Part shown: positions 1-10,411 of the stretch, in pieces
Layout: each line of letters starts with the position of its first letter
How positions within the stretch are numbered: the first letter of the stretch is position 1
Assembly: GCA_012862495.1 (NCBI GenBank)
Contig: BLSG01000344.1
Location: 2,632-38,683 of the forward strand
Source: Thraustochytrium aureum
Lineage: Eukaryota
DNA: 36,052 bases
Reading direction: 5' to 3'
Notes under the pieces: model-generated
Database searches by the model: none
Seen by the model: only the letters and a program-made list of their open reading frames with translations
Told to the model about the DNA's origin: nothing
Made by a program: the position numbers and the translations under genes

Positions 1-990
1 TCGCACAGCGAGTCCTCCTCGCCAAAGTCGGTCTCAATGGAGCCAAACAGGTCGCAGCGCGTCTCGTTGTCGGAGGCGCAGCAAGACACGTGGACCGGGT
101 TGAGCGTTGCGTTCTTGCAGGCCATGTGGGTGACGCTGGTGGGGCGCTCGTGCACGTACGTGGTGGCCCGCCCGCGCCCGACGAGAAGGTCCGCAGAGGT
201 CGTCAAGAGGTCGGCAAAGCGCTCGCGGTACGAGGCGCGCTGGACGCCCTCGTTGAACGCAGCGCGGTCGGCTTGCCACCGAAGCAGAAACAGCTCCTTC
301 TCCGAGTAGAAGCCCTCGTCTTGAGGCGCAGAGGTCGCAGCATCTTGGAGGCGGCGGGCATTCTTGTTATCCTTGGGACAACCATCTAGAAGGGCGCTGG
401 AAGTCACTTCGGCTTTGGGTGCCATTGAGTCGCTTCCAACTTCTTTTGGACCCGAAATGCATGGATTTGGGCCATGTCATTGACTCTCCGTACGAGGTCA
501 TTCTCGTCTGGCACCACCCCGGTAAGATGAAATAGTGGGCTCGATACTAGTTTCCTCCCCTCCGCATCACCAGCCAACACGGAATATGCTTCCACTATGA
601 TGGTACGTGCCTTCAAACCTTCAACGATGTCTTGGCGTAATCCGGCGTCGTTGGCGTCGAGCGGGAACCTGAACATCGCGTTCCCATTTTGGACGATGAT
701 AGTCAGAGAGTGTAAAACCCCGCGATCGATAGAGCTTTCAAGAAGCTTCGCGTGAACCTTGTCCAACGCTTCAACGATAGTGTCACCAGGAGCCACGGGT
801 CCACCAACTTTGATATTGGCGGGCTGAGGCATTTGCAAAAGTTTGTGGAGCCGGTTGGCTCTCACAGCGACCATAGCGGCGTCTCCGATACTCTGGGCAA
901 TCGTACCAGGGATAGCACCCAAGGCAACTCTCGTCGCTTTGACTTGCTCAGCAAGTCATTGGTCGCTCCTGTTTCACCCTGAGCAAACAT
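1..990 (-). CDS. Hypothetical protein, 3'-partial (runs off the window); probably one gene broken by two 1-nt indels
   Basis: ORF 404..922 overlaps an open frame from ATG 425 to position 1 (MAPKAEVTSS...ELFLLRWQADRAAFNEG...CCASDNETRCDLF) with high GC3. Adding one base near 955 and one A in the run at 445-448 joins ATG 990 to the window edge in a single frame. No family recognised. Confidence 0.4.
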
Positions 991-1797
991 TTACATCGCC
1001 CCATCAAAAACGCCTAAATCCGCGCCGCCACCGCACCGATACCATTNNNNNNNNNNNNNNNNNNNNNNNNNNNNNNNNNNNNNNNNNNNNNNNNNNNNNN
1101 NNNNNNNNNNNNNNNNNNNNNNNNNNNNNNNNNNNNNNNNNNNNNNNNNNNNNNNNNNNNNNNNNNNNNNNNNNNNNNNNNNNNNNNNNNNNNNNNNNNN
1201 NNNNNNNNNNNNNNNNNNNNNNNNNNNNNNNNNNNNNNNNNNNNNNNNNNNNNNNNNNNNNNNNNNNNNNNNNNNNNNNNNNNNNNNNNNNNNNNNNNNN
1301 NNNNNNNNNNNNNNNNNNNNNNNNNNNNNNNNNNNNNNNNNNNNNNNNNNNNNNNNNNNNNNNNNNNNNNNNNNNNNNNNNNNNNNNNNNNNNNNNNNNN
1401 NNNNNNNNNNNNNNNNNNNNNNNNNNNNNNNNNNNNNNNNNNNNNNNNNNNNNNNNNNNNNNNNNNNNNNNNNNNNNNNNNNNNNNNNNNNNNNNNNNNN
1501 NNNNNNNNNNNNNNNNNNNNNNNNNNNNNNNNNNNNNNNNNNNNNNNNNNNNNNNNNNNNNNNNNNNNNNNNNNNNNNNNNNNNNNNNNNNNNCACTTGA
1601 GCTCTCTTGTCGAAAATCTCAAGTGTAATAAGGGTGCGCTCCTGGTCGAAGCGGACCTTCCCGCGAACACGTTTTTGACGACGATGGACAACTCTTGACA
1701 AGTCAGTGGGGCCTGTGTTTGCAACCACAAAGGACCTGTTCAAAACATGCGCGTCAAGTTGTTTTGGGCGCTATCCGTAAAACTTTTCTCTAGCTAG

Positions 1798-4506
1798 CTA
1801 CGAGAACTTGTGGCTTTCAGTCTGCGTCGCAGGTTGCGAAGCGTTTTCGGATTCAGAGTCGGAGTCTTCATTGCCGTCCCGTTGGCTGTTTACGCCAGGT
1901 TCCTGCCACTCGCCACACTCGCTGGTCTCCCCATCAGAGAGCACGTCGGCGTCAGCAACACTCTCGCTCATGGTCGCCGGGCAATCGTCGGTGAAAAGGC
2001 TGCTGGAGATGTCCTTGGGCTGCAAGTCGTCCAGCTTGAGGCCGTCCAGGTTGGGGATTTCATTGAAAGGCGGGAGTCGTGTTTGGTTCAACCGTATAGC
2101 CATGCACATCTCGACCCAACCTGTGCCAAGCGAAGCTCGCTTTGGTCGAGCAATATCGTTTACAACACCCAGGTCACACTCCAGGCCACCGGACGACGGA
2201 AGCATCCCCCGCAACGAACGTGCAACAATGCGCAGACATGGGAAGGCTCGACTTTGGTCAGATTCCCAGAAAGACTTGGCTCCGTCATCGAAGGTGGTCC
2301 CAAGACTCGACTCGCGCTCTTTGTATGCCTTGATCTCGTCACGAACGATGGCCTCGGCCTCCAGCGATGCGGCAGAGACAGCGGATTGCCTCGAATCTTC
2401 GTCCCGCAGCTCATCGAGGAGCGAAACAATGTTGGACGGTCTTGAACCGGGGGCGCTCTGCGGTACCACTGCCGGGAATAACACGCTTGGAGCCACAATG
2501 CACGCCATGCGCTCAATCTCGCCCCAGAGGATGCGGCGCAGAAGAGCTTTGTGGGAAGCTTTCAGACGCGTCTCTGTGGTGTGCTCTGGGTAATTGGATT
2601 CCCTCAGCAGCGTGTCAGGCAGATCAAACGAGTCGATAGCCTTGTCGATCAAGAAGAAAGTCGTAAAGCAAGTCTCCGGACAAAGCAAGCACGCAATGTC
2701 AAAGGCGTAGTCGAAGCGCAGGTCAGAAAGGGAAAGCCTTCCGAGAGTCTCACTGGTTGCCCGACTGCCGTAGACTCGCCTTGGGTTTTTGAGAGAAAGA
2801 AGCGGATGGTACCGATCAAAGTATCTCTTTCGGAGCGCGTCGCGCAGCTTCAACATCACCGTCCGGGTCCTGTTAAACAGCTTGCTGTGTTCCCTGCTTG
2901 AAGTCCCGTCTGACCGTTTCCGAAGCGCGTCGGTGATTGTCATGCTTGGGTCGCGAATCGTAAGCTTCTTCTGTTTTGTGGTGAGACGTCGCCGCTTTCC
3001 GGAGCTGTCAGCGTCAAACGACGACGTGGAGCGATCCTGGCAGATGCACATCGCGTGGTAAAGGTGGTGGAGTTTGACAATTGTGCTCGGCAATGTGTAA
3101 GACTTTGTTCTCTGAGCAAAAACTTGCACCTCGCGAACAGCTTTTATGACGCTGTAGAACTCGATGAGCAGCTCCTTACTGGCTCGCACACCGAGCTCAT
3201 CGTTGAGAGTGTGGAACGGCGCCTCCACATGGTCCCAAATTGTTAGGAAACGCCCAAGACAGTGCTCAATAGTACCCCAGCGATGTGTTGCGAAGTTGAC
3301 GAGTTTGAGCGGACGACCGCCTCGGGATGGGTCAAGCGCTGCGGCACTGATCTGCTCGCGATCGATGTGCTCCTTCCGTTTCTCACTCTTGCTGCACGAT
3401 TCGATGACTTTTTGAACCAACTCGATGACTTTCCTCGCGCTAGTGTTCTTCGACTTGCGTTCGTCGATGGACACCCCAAATGCATCCTGCAAACACAGGT
3501 GCAAGAAGTGCGAAATACACCACTCTTGCATGACCCCTGGTGAGTGCTCGCCCATCGCTTTCCGCACGTCAGGGCCGAAGTCGCACGTTGAACTCGACAC
3601 CATCGAAAACGGGACGCCAAACTCGCTCAAGATCTTTTCAGTCACGTCACGAAGCTGTCGAGACGCTTCTTTGCGGTCCTGAAGGACAAACTCTGGGCGG
3701 TAACGACGAATGCACAGGTTGATACCCTGAAGGCCTGTGCGGTCGTCAAAATTGAGACGCACGGTTAGGTACTTGATGTTTTGGACCTTGTTCGTGTACA
3801 GATCGATGTTGATGTTGAACACTGGCAGACCATGGGACCGAGCGCACACATCAGCAAGCGTACCAACGATCTTCTGTTTCAGGCCGACGTAAATCTCGAC
3901 GATTGCCTTGCGAACGTTCAGGTCCGCTACGGCGTCTGGACTCAGGCTACAGATAAGATTGTTCCAGTGTTGGTGCTTGAAAAGGTGAAACGGAAGCCCA
4001 AAAGTCACCGCAAGAAGCCCAGATTGCAGTGCAATCCATCGCGAGGGATCTTGCTTGAACAGCTCCGTGTTGGATCTAACCTGGGCCTCGCGCTCAACGG
4101 CAGCCTCAGCCTTTTTGGTCGTCAACGAGGATCGAATGCCGTGCATAGCAAGGTGATCTGTCCCTGCGCGCGTGGATTTGTTCGAGAAGCGGATCAAACC
4201 CTTCGTCGGGTTTCCCATGCAGCTGCCGACGAGGCAGTGGAAATAGGTCGGTCTCGTGGCCGACGAGTTGGTACTCTCTGAGGGAGCGAGAACGACTCCG
4301 GCCTTGTACATCACCGAGCGCTTCTTCGGCTCAACGGTATAGCCGTGCACCTTGGACCACTCTGGCCCAGTTGGCAACTGGTACTCACTGACTCTAGTGC
4401 GGAGCTCTTCACTGTCAACGCTCCATATTTCCATGACGAGGGGTTCTCCCCTGCTGTCGACAGTCGGCGTGGACCCAACAGAGACTGTAGATTGCAGGTC
4501 GTCCAT
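1798..4506 (-). CDS. hAT-superfamily DDE transposase (902 aa from the first ATG)
   Basis: BED-like zinc finger (FHCLVGSC...DHLAMH), first Asp in NIDLYT, second Asp in TCDFG, CxxH motif (WCISHFLHL), RW motif (THRWGT), and a C-terminal hATC dimerisation region (FWE...FPCLRIVAR...PSSGGLECD...KRASL...EMCMAIRLN). Uninterrupted ORF. Confidence 0.9.
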   Translation of the reverse strand: MDDLQSTVSVGSTPTVDSRGEPLVMEIWSVDSEELRTRVSEYQLPTGPEWSKVHGYTVEPKKRSVMYKAGVVLAPSESTNSSATRPTYFHCLVGSCMGNPTKGLIRFSNKSTRAGTDHLAMHGIRSSLTTKKAEAAVEREAQVRSNTELFKQDPSRWIALQSGLLAVTFGLPFHLFKHQHWNNLICSLSPDAVADLNVRKAIVEIYVGLKQKIVGTLADVCARSHGLPVFNINIDLYTNKVQNIKYLTVRLNFDDRTGLQGINLCIRRYRPEFVLQDRKEASRQLRDVTEKILSEFGVPFSMVSSSTCDFGPDVRKAMGEHSPGVMQEWCISHFLHLCLQDAFGVSIDERKSKNTSARKVIELVQKVIESCSKSEKRKEHIDREQISAAALDPSRGGRPLKLVNFATHRWGTIEHCLGRFLTIWDHVEAPFHTLNDELGVRASKELLIEFYSVIKAVREVQVFAQRTKSYTLPSTIVKLHHLYHAMCICQDRSTSSFDADSSGKRRRLTTKQKKLTIRDPSMTITDALRKRSDGTSSREHSKLFNRTRTVMLKLRDALRKRYFDRYHPLLSLKNPRRVYGSRATSETLGRLSLSDLRFDYAFDIACLLCPETCFTTFFLIDKAIDSFDLPDTLLRESNYPEHTTETRLKASHKALLRRILWGEIERMACIVAPSVLFPAVVPQSAPGSRPSNIVSLLDELRDEDSRQSAVSAASLEAEAIVRDEIKAYKERESSLGTTFDDGAKSFWESDQSRAFPCLRIVARSLRGMLPSSGGLECDLGVVNDIARPKRASLGTGWVEMCMAIRLNQTRLPPFNEIPNLDGLKLDDLQPKDISSSLFTDDCPATMSESVADADVLSDGETSECGEWQEPGVNSQRDGNEDSDSESENASQPATQTESHKFS

Positions 4507-4517
4507 CGTTGGTGTTG

Positions 4518-4728
4518 TTCGTCGGTTGTGCTGAGCTGTGCTGAGCTGAGCTGAGCTGAGCTGTGCTGTGCTCGTCGGCTGTGCTGTGCTGTGCTCGTCG
4601 GCTGTGCTGAGCTGAGCTGAGCTGAGCTGAGCTGTGCTGAGCTGTGCTGTGCTGTGCTCGTCGGCTGAGCTGTGCTGAGCTGAGCTGTGCTGTGCTGAGC
4701 TGAGCTGTGCTGGGCTGGGCTGGGCTGG
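4518..4728. repeat. Compound pentanucleotide satellite (CTGAG/CTGTG/CTGGG) punctuated by CTCGTCGG
   Basis: Read directly. CTCGTCGG at 4571, 4594 and 4657, with a degenerate TTCGTCGG at 4518. Confidence 0.95.
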
Positions 4729-5578
4729 AATGGGCTTCCCTTTGCGGTCTGCGCAGTACGCTGTCACCTACCTTGTGCAATAGGTTCTCTACATTTATTT
4801 CAGGGGCCCCTGGGGCCCTGTGCAACAAAATGGATGGCCCAGAAGCGCCCCTCGGGGCTACAACATCAACAATGGCCCAGCACAGGCAAGTTCAGGGGCC
4901 AAAACCCTAAAACCGGGGTTTTCCCTGAAATTCCCCAGGGAATCGTTCCCCTTCTCTTCGTGGGCCAGGAAACCCCATGCAGTCGTGAAAATAGTTCAAC
5001 GGCTCTGGCTAGCGGCTGCCGGGCAGCGTGGAGCTCTGCGCGCAGACCTCACTCACCGGGCGGCCGCCACATCGCACCTCAGGGTTGGCCATGTGATTTT
5101 GCTCCTGGCGTTTGGCTGGCAGCCGAATCCCAGAATAGCTGCAAGGATTTTCGAGCGGTTGGGCAAGCGAGCGTGAGCTTCGCTGCAAGAGACGAGCCCT
5201 TGCCCGTGCCCGATGCAGCGCGCAGAGCCGCCCATAGCGGCTTCCAAAAGAAAAAATCCAACAGACACTTGTTGGTTGAGGCAAGCAAGCCTCACGAGTG
5301 AAAGGCCATCCACCCCCCCTTGTCCAGGCGCCGAGCTCCCTCTGCAAACAAACAAGGTGAAGTTGTGGAAAGCAAGCAGCTGGTCCTGCTTTCTCATTCA
5401 GCACGGCACTCTCGTATAACGAGATCAGCAGCAGACCCCATTTGCACAGGTCCTCTCCGCCCACGACCGTAAGTAGAACTGCGACAGGCGAGCTGTGACG
5501 GCTCAGCTCGTGCCATCTGCTCTCTCCCGGCCCTTATCGAAACTCGCGCTCGAACAAGACCTTGCCCAACCTCTGGCC

Positions 5579-6664
5579 ATGGACATGGATCAGTTTGAGC
5601 CGTGGGGAGGGTTTGTAAACTGCACAAGCGAATCGTTTTGTGCGGACGAAGCCGACGGGCAAGTTCACGGGATGGCGACCTGCGTCCACTTCCACGCAGG
5701 AGCCGTGGAGAATTTGACAGAGGGCAAGTACTGCGTATGCCGCATCATGTATGCCAGGTATGGTCCTGGGTGCGCTGGCGTCCTGCCGTCGGCAACGGTG
5801 TGGGGCACCTTGCAGATCGCGCTCGTCTTGTTCTGCCTTGTTGTGTTCTTGCGCCTCGCCCGAGTTGTCGCAAGTGCATGGCAACTGAAACTTCTTCGAA
5901 AGAGCGCTGCGACCACGACGGTTCTCGCTTGCTTTGTCGCCTCGTTTGTGGTGCTCATGTGGGCGGTGGCGAGGCTCGCGCTCTTCTTCGGCGCCAACAT
6001 CTACACGCTCAACGTGATCGCGGGGGCCTTGTCAACGGCTGCCGTGGCAATTGCCATGCTGGTATGCACGCTCGTGTGGAAAGAGGTGCTCACGTCGACC
6101 AAACGGATGGTCCGCGGGGGGAACGGGTCTGGGATTTCGATGCTCAACAAAATTGTTGTTGCCGGGTCGAGCTTGATGATTGGCGCGATTGTCCTGGTGT
6201 TGGCTCTTAGTGGTAGAGCCGGGACGTCGTCCCAATTCAGCTTGCTCTGCTTCATCCTCCTCTTTATCCTGTATGCCTACAACGGACTGAAACTGGGCAA
6301 GCTGCTGCATTCGTCCCACGCAGACGAATCCAACGCAAAGCAGCAGTCATCGTCAGGGACCAACGTACAGATGGTGGTTCGTCGAATCCGACGAGTGATC
6401 AAGCAAGTCTTAGGGTGCGTCGCTTTCGACGTTCTCGCGGCGCTGTCCTACAGCTCGACCAACTCGGACGCGGAGGCGCGGAGCCTTGCGCCGCCTGGCA
6501 CAGCCGTGGTAGGCCTGTCCTGCCTCGTGTTCGCCAGTGGCCTCGCGGTTATGTTCATTGGCAATTACGCGTCAGTGCCGCTGCTTGCCAAGGTCAAGCA
6601 GAGTCGCGTTGGCGCCGAAGCTAGCAGCGCTGCGCCTTCGAGCAGCGTGGCGCCGACGAGCTGA
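5579..6664 (+). CDS. Multi-pass (about 7 TM) membrane protein with an N-terminal 6-Cys EGF-like module; GPCR-like topology
   Basis: From ATG 5579 (361 aa): Cys at 15, 21, 35, 52, 54 and 65 including CxC...GxxC, sequons NCT and NLT, then about 7 hydrophobic segments with a long basic/polar loop before the last two and a Ser/Ala-rich tail. Confidence 0.7.
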   Translation: MDMDQFEPWGGFVNCTSESFCADEADGQVHGMATCVHFHAGAVENLTEGKYCVCRIMYARYGPGCAGVLPSATVWGTLQIALVLFCLVVFLRLARVVASAWQLKLLRKSAATTTVLACFVASFVVLMWAVARLALFFGANIYTLNVIAGALSTAAVAIAMLVCTLVWKEVLTSTKRMVRGGNGSGISMLNKIVVAGSSLMIGAIVLVLALSGRAGTSSQFSLLCFILLFILYAYNGLKLGKLLHSSHADESNAKQQSSSGTNVQMVVRRIRRVIKQVLGCVAFDVLAALSYSSTNSDAEARSLAPPGTAVVGLSCLVFASGLAVMFIGNYASVPLLAKVKQSRVGAEASSAAPSSSVAPTS

Positions 6665-7221
6665 GCAGAGCTGGCACAACGAACGGTCGGTCCCCCATCA
6701 CCCGCACACTGCTGATCTGCCGCCCGCACTCCACACCAAGCACATTTACTCTACCCACCGTCACAGAGTGTGGTATCGAAAACCAGCTTGTCCGTCCATT
6801 TTGCTTCAAGCCACCCAGTACAGCACTCGAACCTACCAGCTCTCGCGAGAGGGAGCTAGAGTTGAGACTCGAGAGCCAAGCTCGAGAGGGCTCGTCCCAT
6901 GGAGGGAGTCGGCGAAAACCAATTCTTGCCTTGCTCCCCTGCTGCAAGTTGCGCGTCCATCAAGACCCACACGCAGGCAGCTCCTCCGGGCCTACCGCAA
7001 AGGCTGCTTGCGCTCAGTACTCAAGACTCTAACCTTTTAAAAAAAAAGTATGCGTTGCGATTGGCGATTGGAAGTGAAACTGCGCGCCGCGTCGAGCAGA
7101 CCAGCGCCGCCGCCTCGCTCAATAAAGGCGGAAGGAACGAGACAAGCCGGCTCGAGCCGCGCCAGCCTACGCTGCGCAGCTTTCGCAGGACAAGCGCAAC
7201 CCAGACGGCTTGCAGATAGCC

Positions 7222-10200
7222 ATGGAGACCCGCGACGTCGAAGACGGCACGGACCCAACCAGCCGCAAGGCCAGCAAGGCCACGAGACAAACGAGCCTGC
7301 GCGGCCTAGCCGGGAGGGGCGCTGCCCACGTCATGCCAATCGCAGTGTCGCGCAGGTGGAGGCGAAAGAAACGCGACGAAGAGCAACACCAGCCCTGAAT
7401 CTTGCGTTGGCGGCGCCCACCGTGGCCCGTGCGTCTGCGAAGGCAGGAGCAAAGGCGTGTTCGCTTGGGAGGGCGAAGCGCTGCAAACCAGCGCCTGGCT
7501 GACGTGGGCAAGGCTCACATTCTCGCTGGTCCTCATGATGGGCGGGATCGCTTGCGCCATTGCTTTCGCAAACTTCTCCTACCGTTCGCGACTCAGCGAA
7601 ACACTGACCCAGTTTGAAGCCAGCGCAGCGCTGATTCGCCACGGCGTCTCGCTCTCCCTGCGCGACTACATGACTGCAGCCTCTGTTTTGAAAACGTATA
7701 TGGACCTCTCTGGCCCTGGAAACCACACCCGCGAGGGGTTTCGGTACCACGCCGAAAACCTCCTCCAGAACGTCGACGTTCAAGCTTACCAGTACGTCCC
7801 GCGCGTTTTAGACAGCGAGCGCGACGAACTTGAGCAAGAGGCCCAAGCGTATTGGAACGCCCGCCTCAAAACGAACAAGTCGTGGCCCATCATTCAGCCA
7901 GGCAGCAAGGGGCTCGAAAAGTCGAGCCGCAAAGACGACTACTTTGTGATCAAGTACATGGAGCCGACGGAGGAAAACACAGACGCAATCAACCTCGACA
8001 TCACCATGCTTACGCCCACGCGCCGGGACGGCATCTACGCCTCGCTCAGCCCACAGATCCCTGTCGCGTTTGCTCCACTTCGACTTGTGCAGGAAACCGA
8101 CCCCAACGCGCTCAGCATCATCGTCCAGTTCCCGCTTTCTCAAGAAGAGTCATTGGTCCTCGCGGTGGTTCGCGTTCCAACAATGGTTCGCCGTGTCCTG
8201 CAGTCCTTACCCGAGGGCATCGAGCTGCACCTATTTGCGAGTGGCAAGCCAATTGGGGCGTTCAAGGGAGCCCCAGTCCAGACGATACCGGTCGAAGAAA
8301 TGGCAGCAATCGCGCAACGCACCTACGTCAACACCAACAGCATTTTCCTCATGGAGGTGGAGTGGACCATCATGGCCGTCTCGCAGGCCGTCTACAACCC
8401 CGTAAACTGGTCCCTCACGGTGTTTCCCGCCTTTCTCCTCTTTGCATTCTTCGTCATCGTGGTGGCCATGTACCTGCGAACAGCGCATTCAGAGGCCATC
8501 CAGACCCGCCGCGCGACGCGGCAGGCCCTGGCCCAGGCCCAGATCGAAGCCGACGCGGTTGCTGGTGCTGAGCGCCAACTCAATGATTTTCTTGCACACG
8601 AAGTGCGCAACCCACTCTCCGTGGCACTCTCTGCGAGCCAGTTCGCAGCCTCTTCTGTTGAGACGGCATCCTGGGAAGACCCTTCTGTGGCAGAGGCAAC
8701 TCGGAACGACCTCCAGCTGATCACAACGAGCCTGCGCTTTATCAACGACCTTCTGAACAACCTCCTCGACCTCAACAAGTATGGCGGCGTTGGCACCCTC
8801 AAGCTTTGCGTCGCCCCTCTGTCAATCAGAGACGACGTGCTTTGGCCTGTAAAGAGCATGCTTGATCGCCACTACCCTGGCGTGGTGATCAGCGTCGAAA
8901 CGGGAGGCCAACCCCTATGGACCGCCACTGACGCACTGCGCCTCAAGCAAGTCGTCATGAACCTTGCCAAGAACGCTATCAAATTCGTCGAGCATGGCTT
9001 CATCAAGCTTCGCGGTGCCCAGGACCCTAGCACTGGCGCTCTTGTCATCTCAGTCGAAGACTCGGGGCCAGGGGTTCCTCTCGAGCAACAAAACAGGTTG
9101 TTCCAAAAGTACCAGGATGGGGCAGACAAGCTAAGGCAAGGCACGGGGATCGGTCTCTCGCTATGCAAGGTCATCGTCGACTCCATTCCGGGGAGCTCGA
9201 TTCGACTCGACAATTCCTACGACTCTGGCGTCCCGGGATCGCCAGGCTCCCGTTTCGAGGTTCGCCTCCGCCTGCCAGTGGCCGCCACGATCCAAGGTAT
9301 TCTCGACATTTGTCCTGAATTGAGCCAAACTCCAGCCGAGCGAGCCAGCGATGGACCTGCCGACGCCTCGGACGAGCAACCAGGCTGTGCCGATCTCACT
9401 GGCAGAGCCCACCGCGCCGACTCGATTTTAAAGCGATGTCTCATTGTAGATGACGACGCTGTCTTCCGCACGGTTGCCCGCCGCACTCTTGTTGCCGCAT
9501 TCCCGTCCCTGCAGGTCTTTGAGGCCTCCAGCGGCGAATCAGCGCTCGCCAAACTTGACGCGCTCGGCGACGACTACTTTCAAGTCGTTATCATGGATCA
9601 ATACATGCCAGGGCCAGGCTCGCCCCTTACTGGGGGGGAAACCATTCAGGCCATGCGAGCCCGAGGCGTGCGGTCCGTAATCATCGGCAACTCGTCCAAC
9701 AACGTCGAGGCCATCCACCTGAGTGCTGGGGCAGATGTCTTTCAGAGCAAGCCGTTCCCGGCAGCGACCGCTGTGCAGCGAACGATCCGAGATGCGCTCT
9801 TGCGGCCTCCAATTCGCTCTGTCCTTATTGCAGACGACCAGAAGGTCAACCGCGTGCTCCTGTCCCGCACGCTTCGCGCCATATGCCCGGCCTGTACGTT
9901 CACCGAGGCGGATTCTGGTGACCAAGCCCTCGCGCTGGCAGAGTCCAAGAACTATGATATCATTTTCTTGGACCAGCATATGGAACCGGGTCCGCTTGGT
10001 TCGCAAATCGCTGCAGAGCTGAGACACAAGTGGACAGCGGAGTCAAAGCCGGGATCCAACGCCGTGAGGGACTCCGTCTCGCTGCGCGACCATCCGATTC
10101 TGGTTTCCCTCTCAGGTGACCAAGACATCGCGCATGCAGAATGCTTTGACCTCGTCTGGGCAAAACCGCTCCCAGAACGCGGTGAGATTGCCGTCCAACT

Positions 10201-10222
10201 CGCGAAATGCTTGCGTCGTTGA
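7222..10222 (+). CDS. CHASE-domain hybrid sensor histidine kinase with two receiver domains
   Basis: TM - CHASE (YVPRV...ERDELE...DYFVIKYMEP...PLRLVQE) - TM - H-box FLAHEVRNPL - HATPase (LKQVVMNLAKNAIKF, VEDSGPG, GTGIGLS) - REC (IVDD, IMDQYMP, SKPF) - REC (IADD, FLDQHME, AKPLP). The main frame is open from 7310 with no early ATG; ATG 7222 joins it with one indel in the G-rich run near 7311-7320, so the start is inferred. Confidence 0.9.
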
Positions 10223-10411
10223 TCGCGACAACCCTTTCCTCGTCTCGTCTCGTCTCGTCGCTTTTGCAGCGCACGTAGGTACCCCAAAAAAACTGGCTTT
10301 CCCTTTTGCGTTCTCTCTACTTTCAAGACGCGAAGAACGGCCAAAACACCTGCTACCCCTGTAAAACCCGATTCGGCATTGAACGCGCTGTGGTGGCAAG
10401 TTTTATTCTTT

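Larger units (their letters stand above)
1594..4979 (-). mobile_element. hAT DNA transposon (boundaries approximate; the left end probably lies in the N-gap at 1047-1593)
   Basis: Transposase ORF plus a GGCCC/CAGGG-rich palindromic stretch at 4801-4979 resembling a subterminal region. No matching TIR or target-site duplication is visible. Confidence 0.6.

Noticed and set aside
1594..1625. CACTTGAG...CTCAAGTG short inverted repeat as the hAT TIR or a terminator
   Set aside because: Only 8 bp, with no match to the 4801-4979 end, and it abuts a gap.
4507..4767. SSAQL/STAQH repeat N-terminal extension of the transposase in the ORF track
   Set aside because: It starts at a GTG and is just the stop-free translation of the pentamer satellite. 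The first ATG is at 4506.
4902..4910. AAACCCTAA telomere-like/telo-box motif
   Set aside because: A single copy inside the transposon end region is not evidence of a telomere or a plant-type promoter element.
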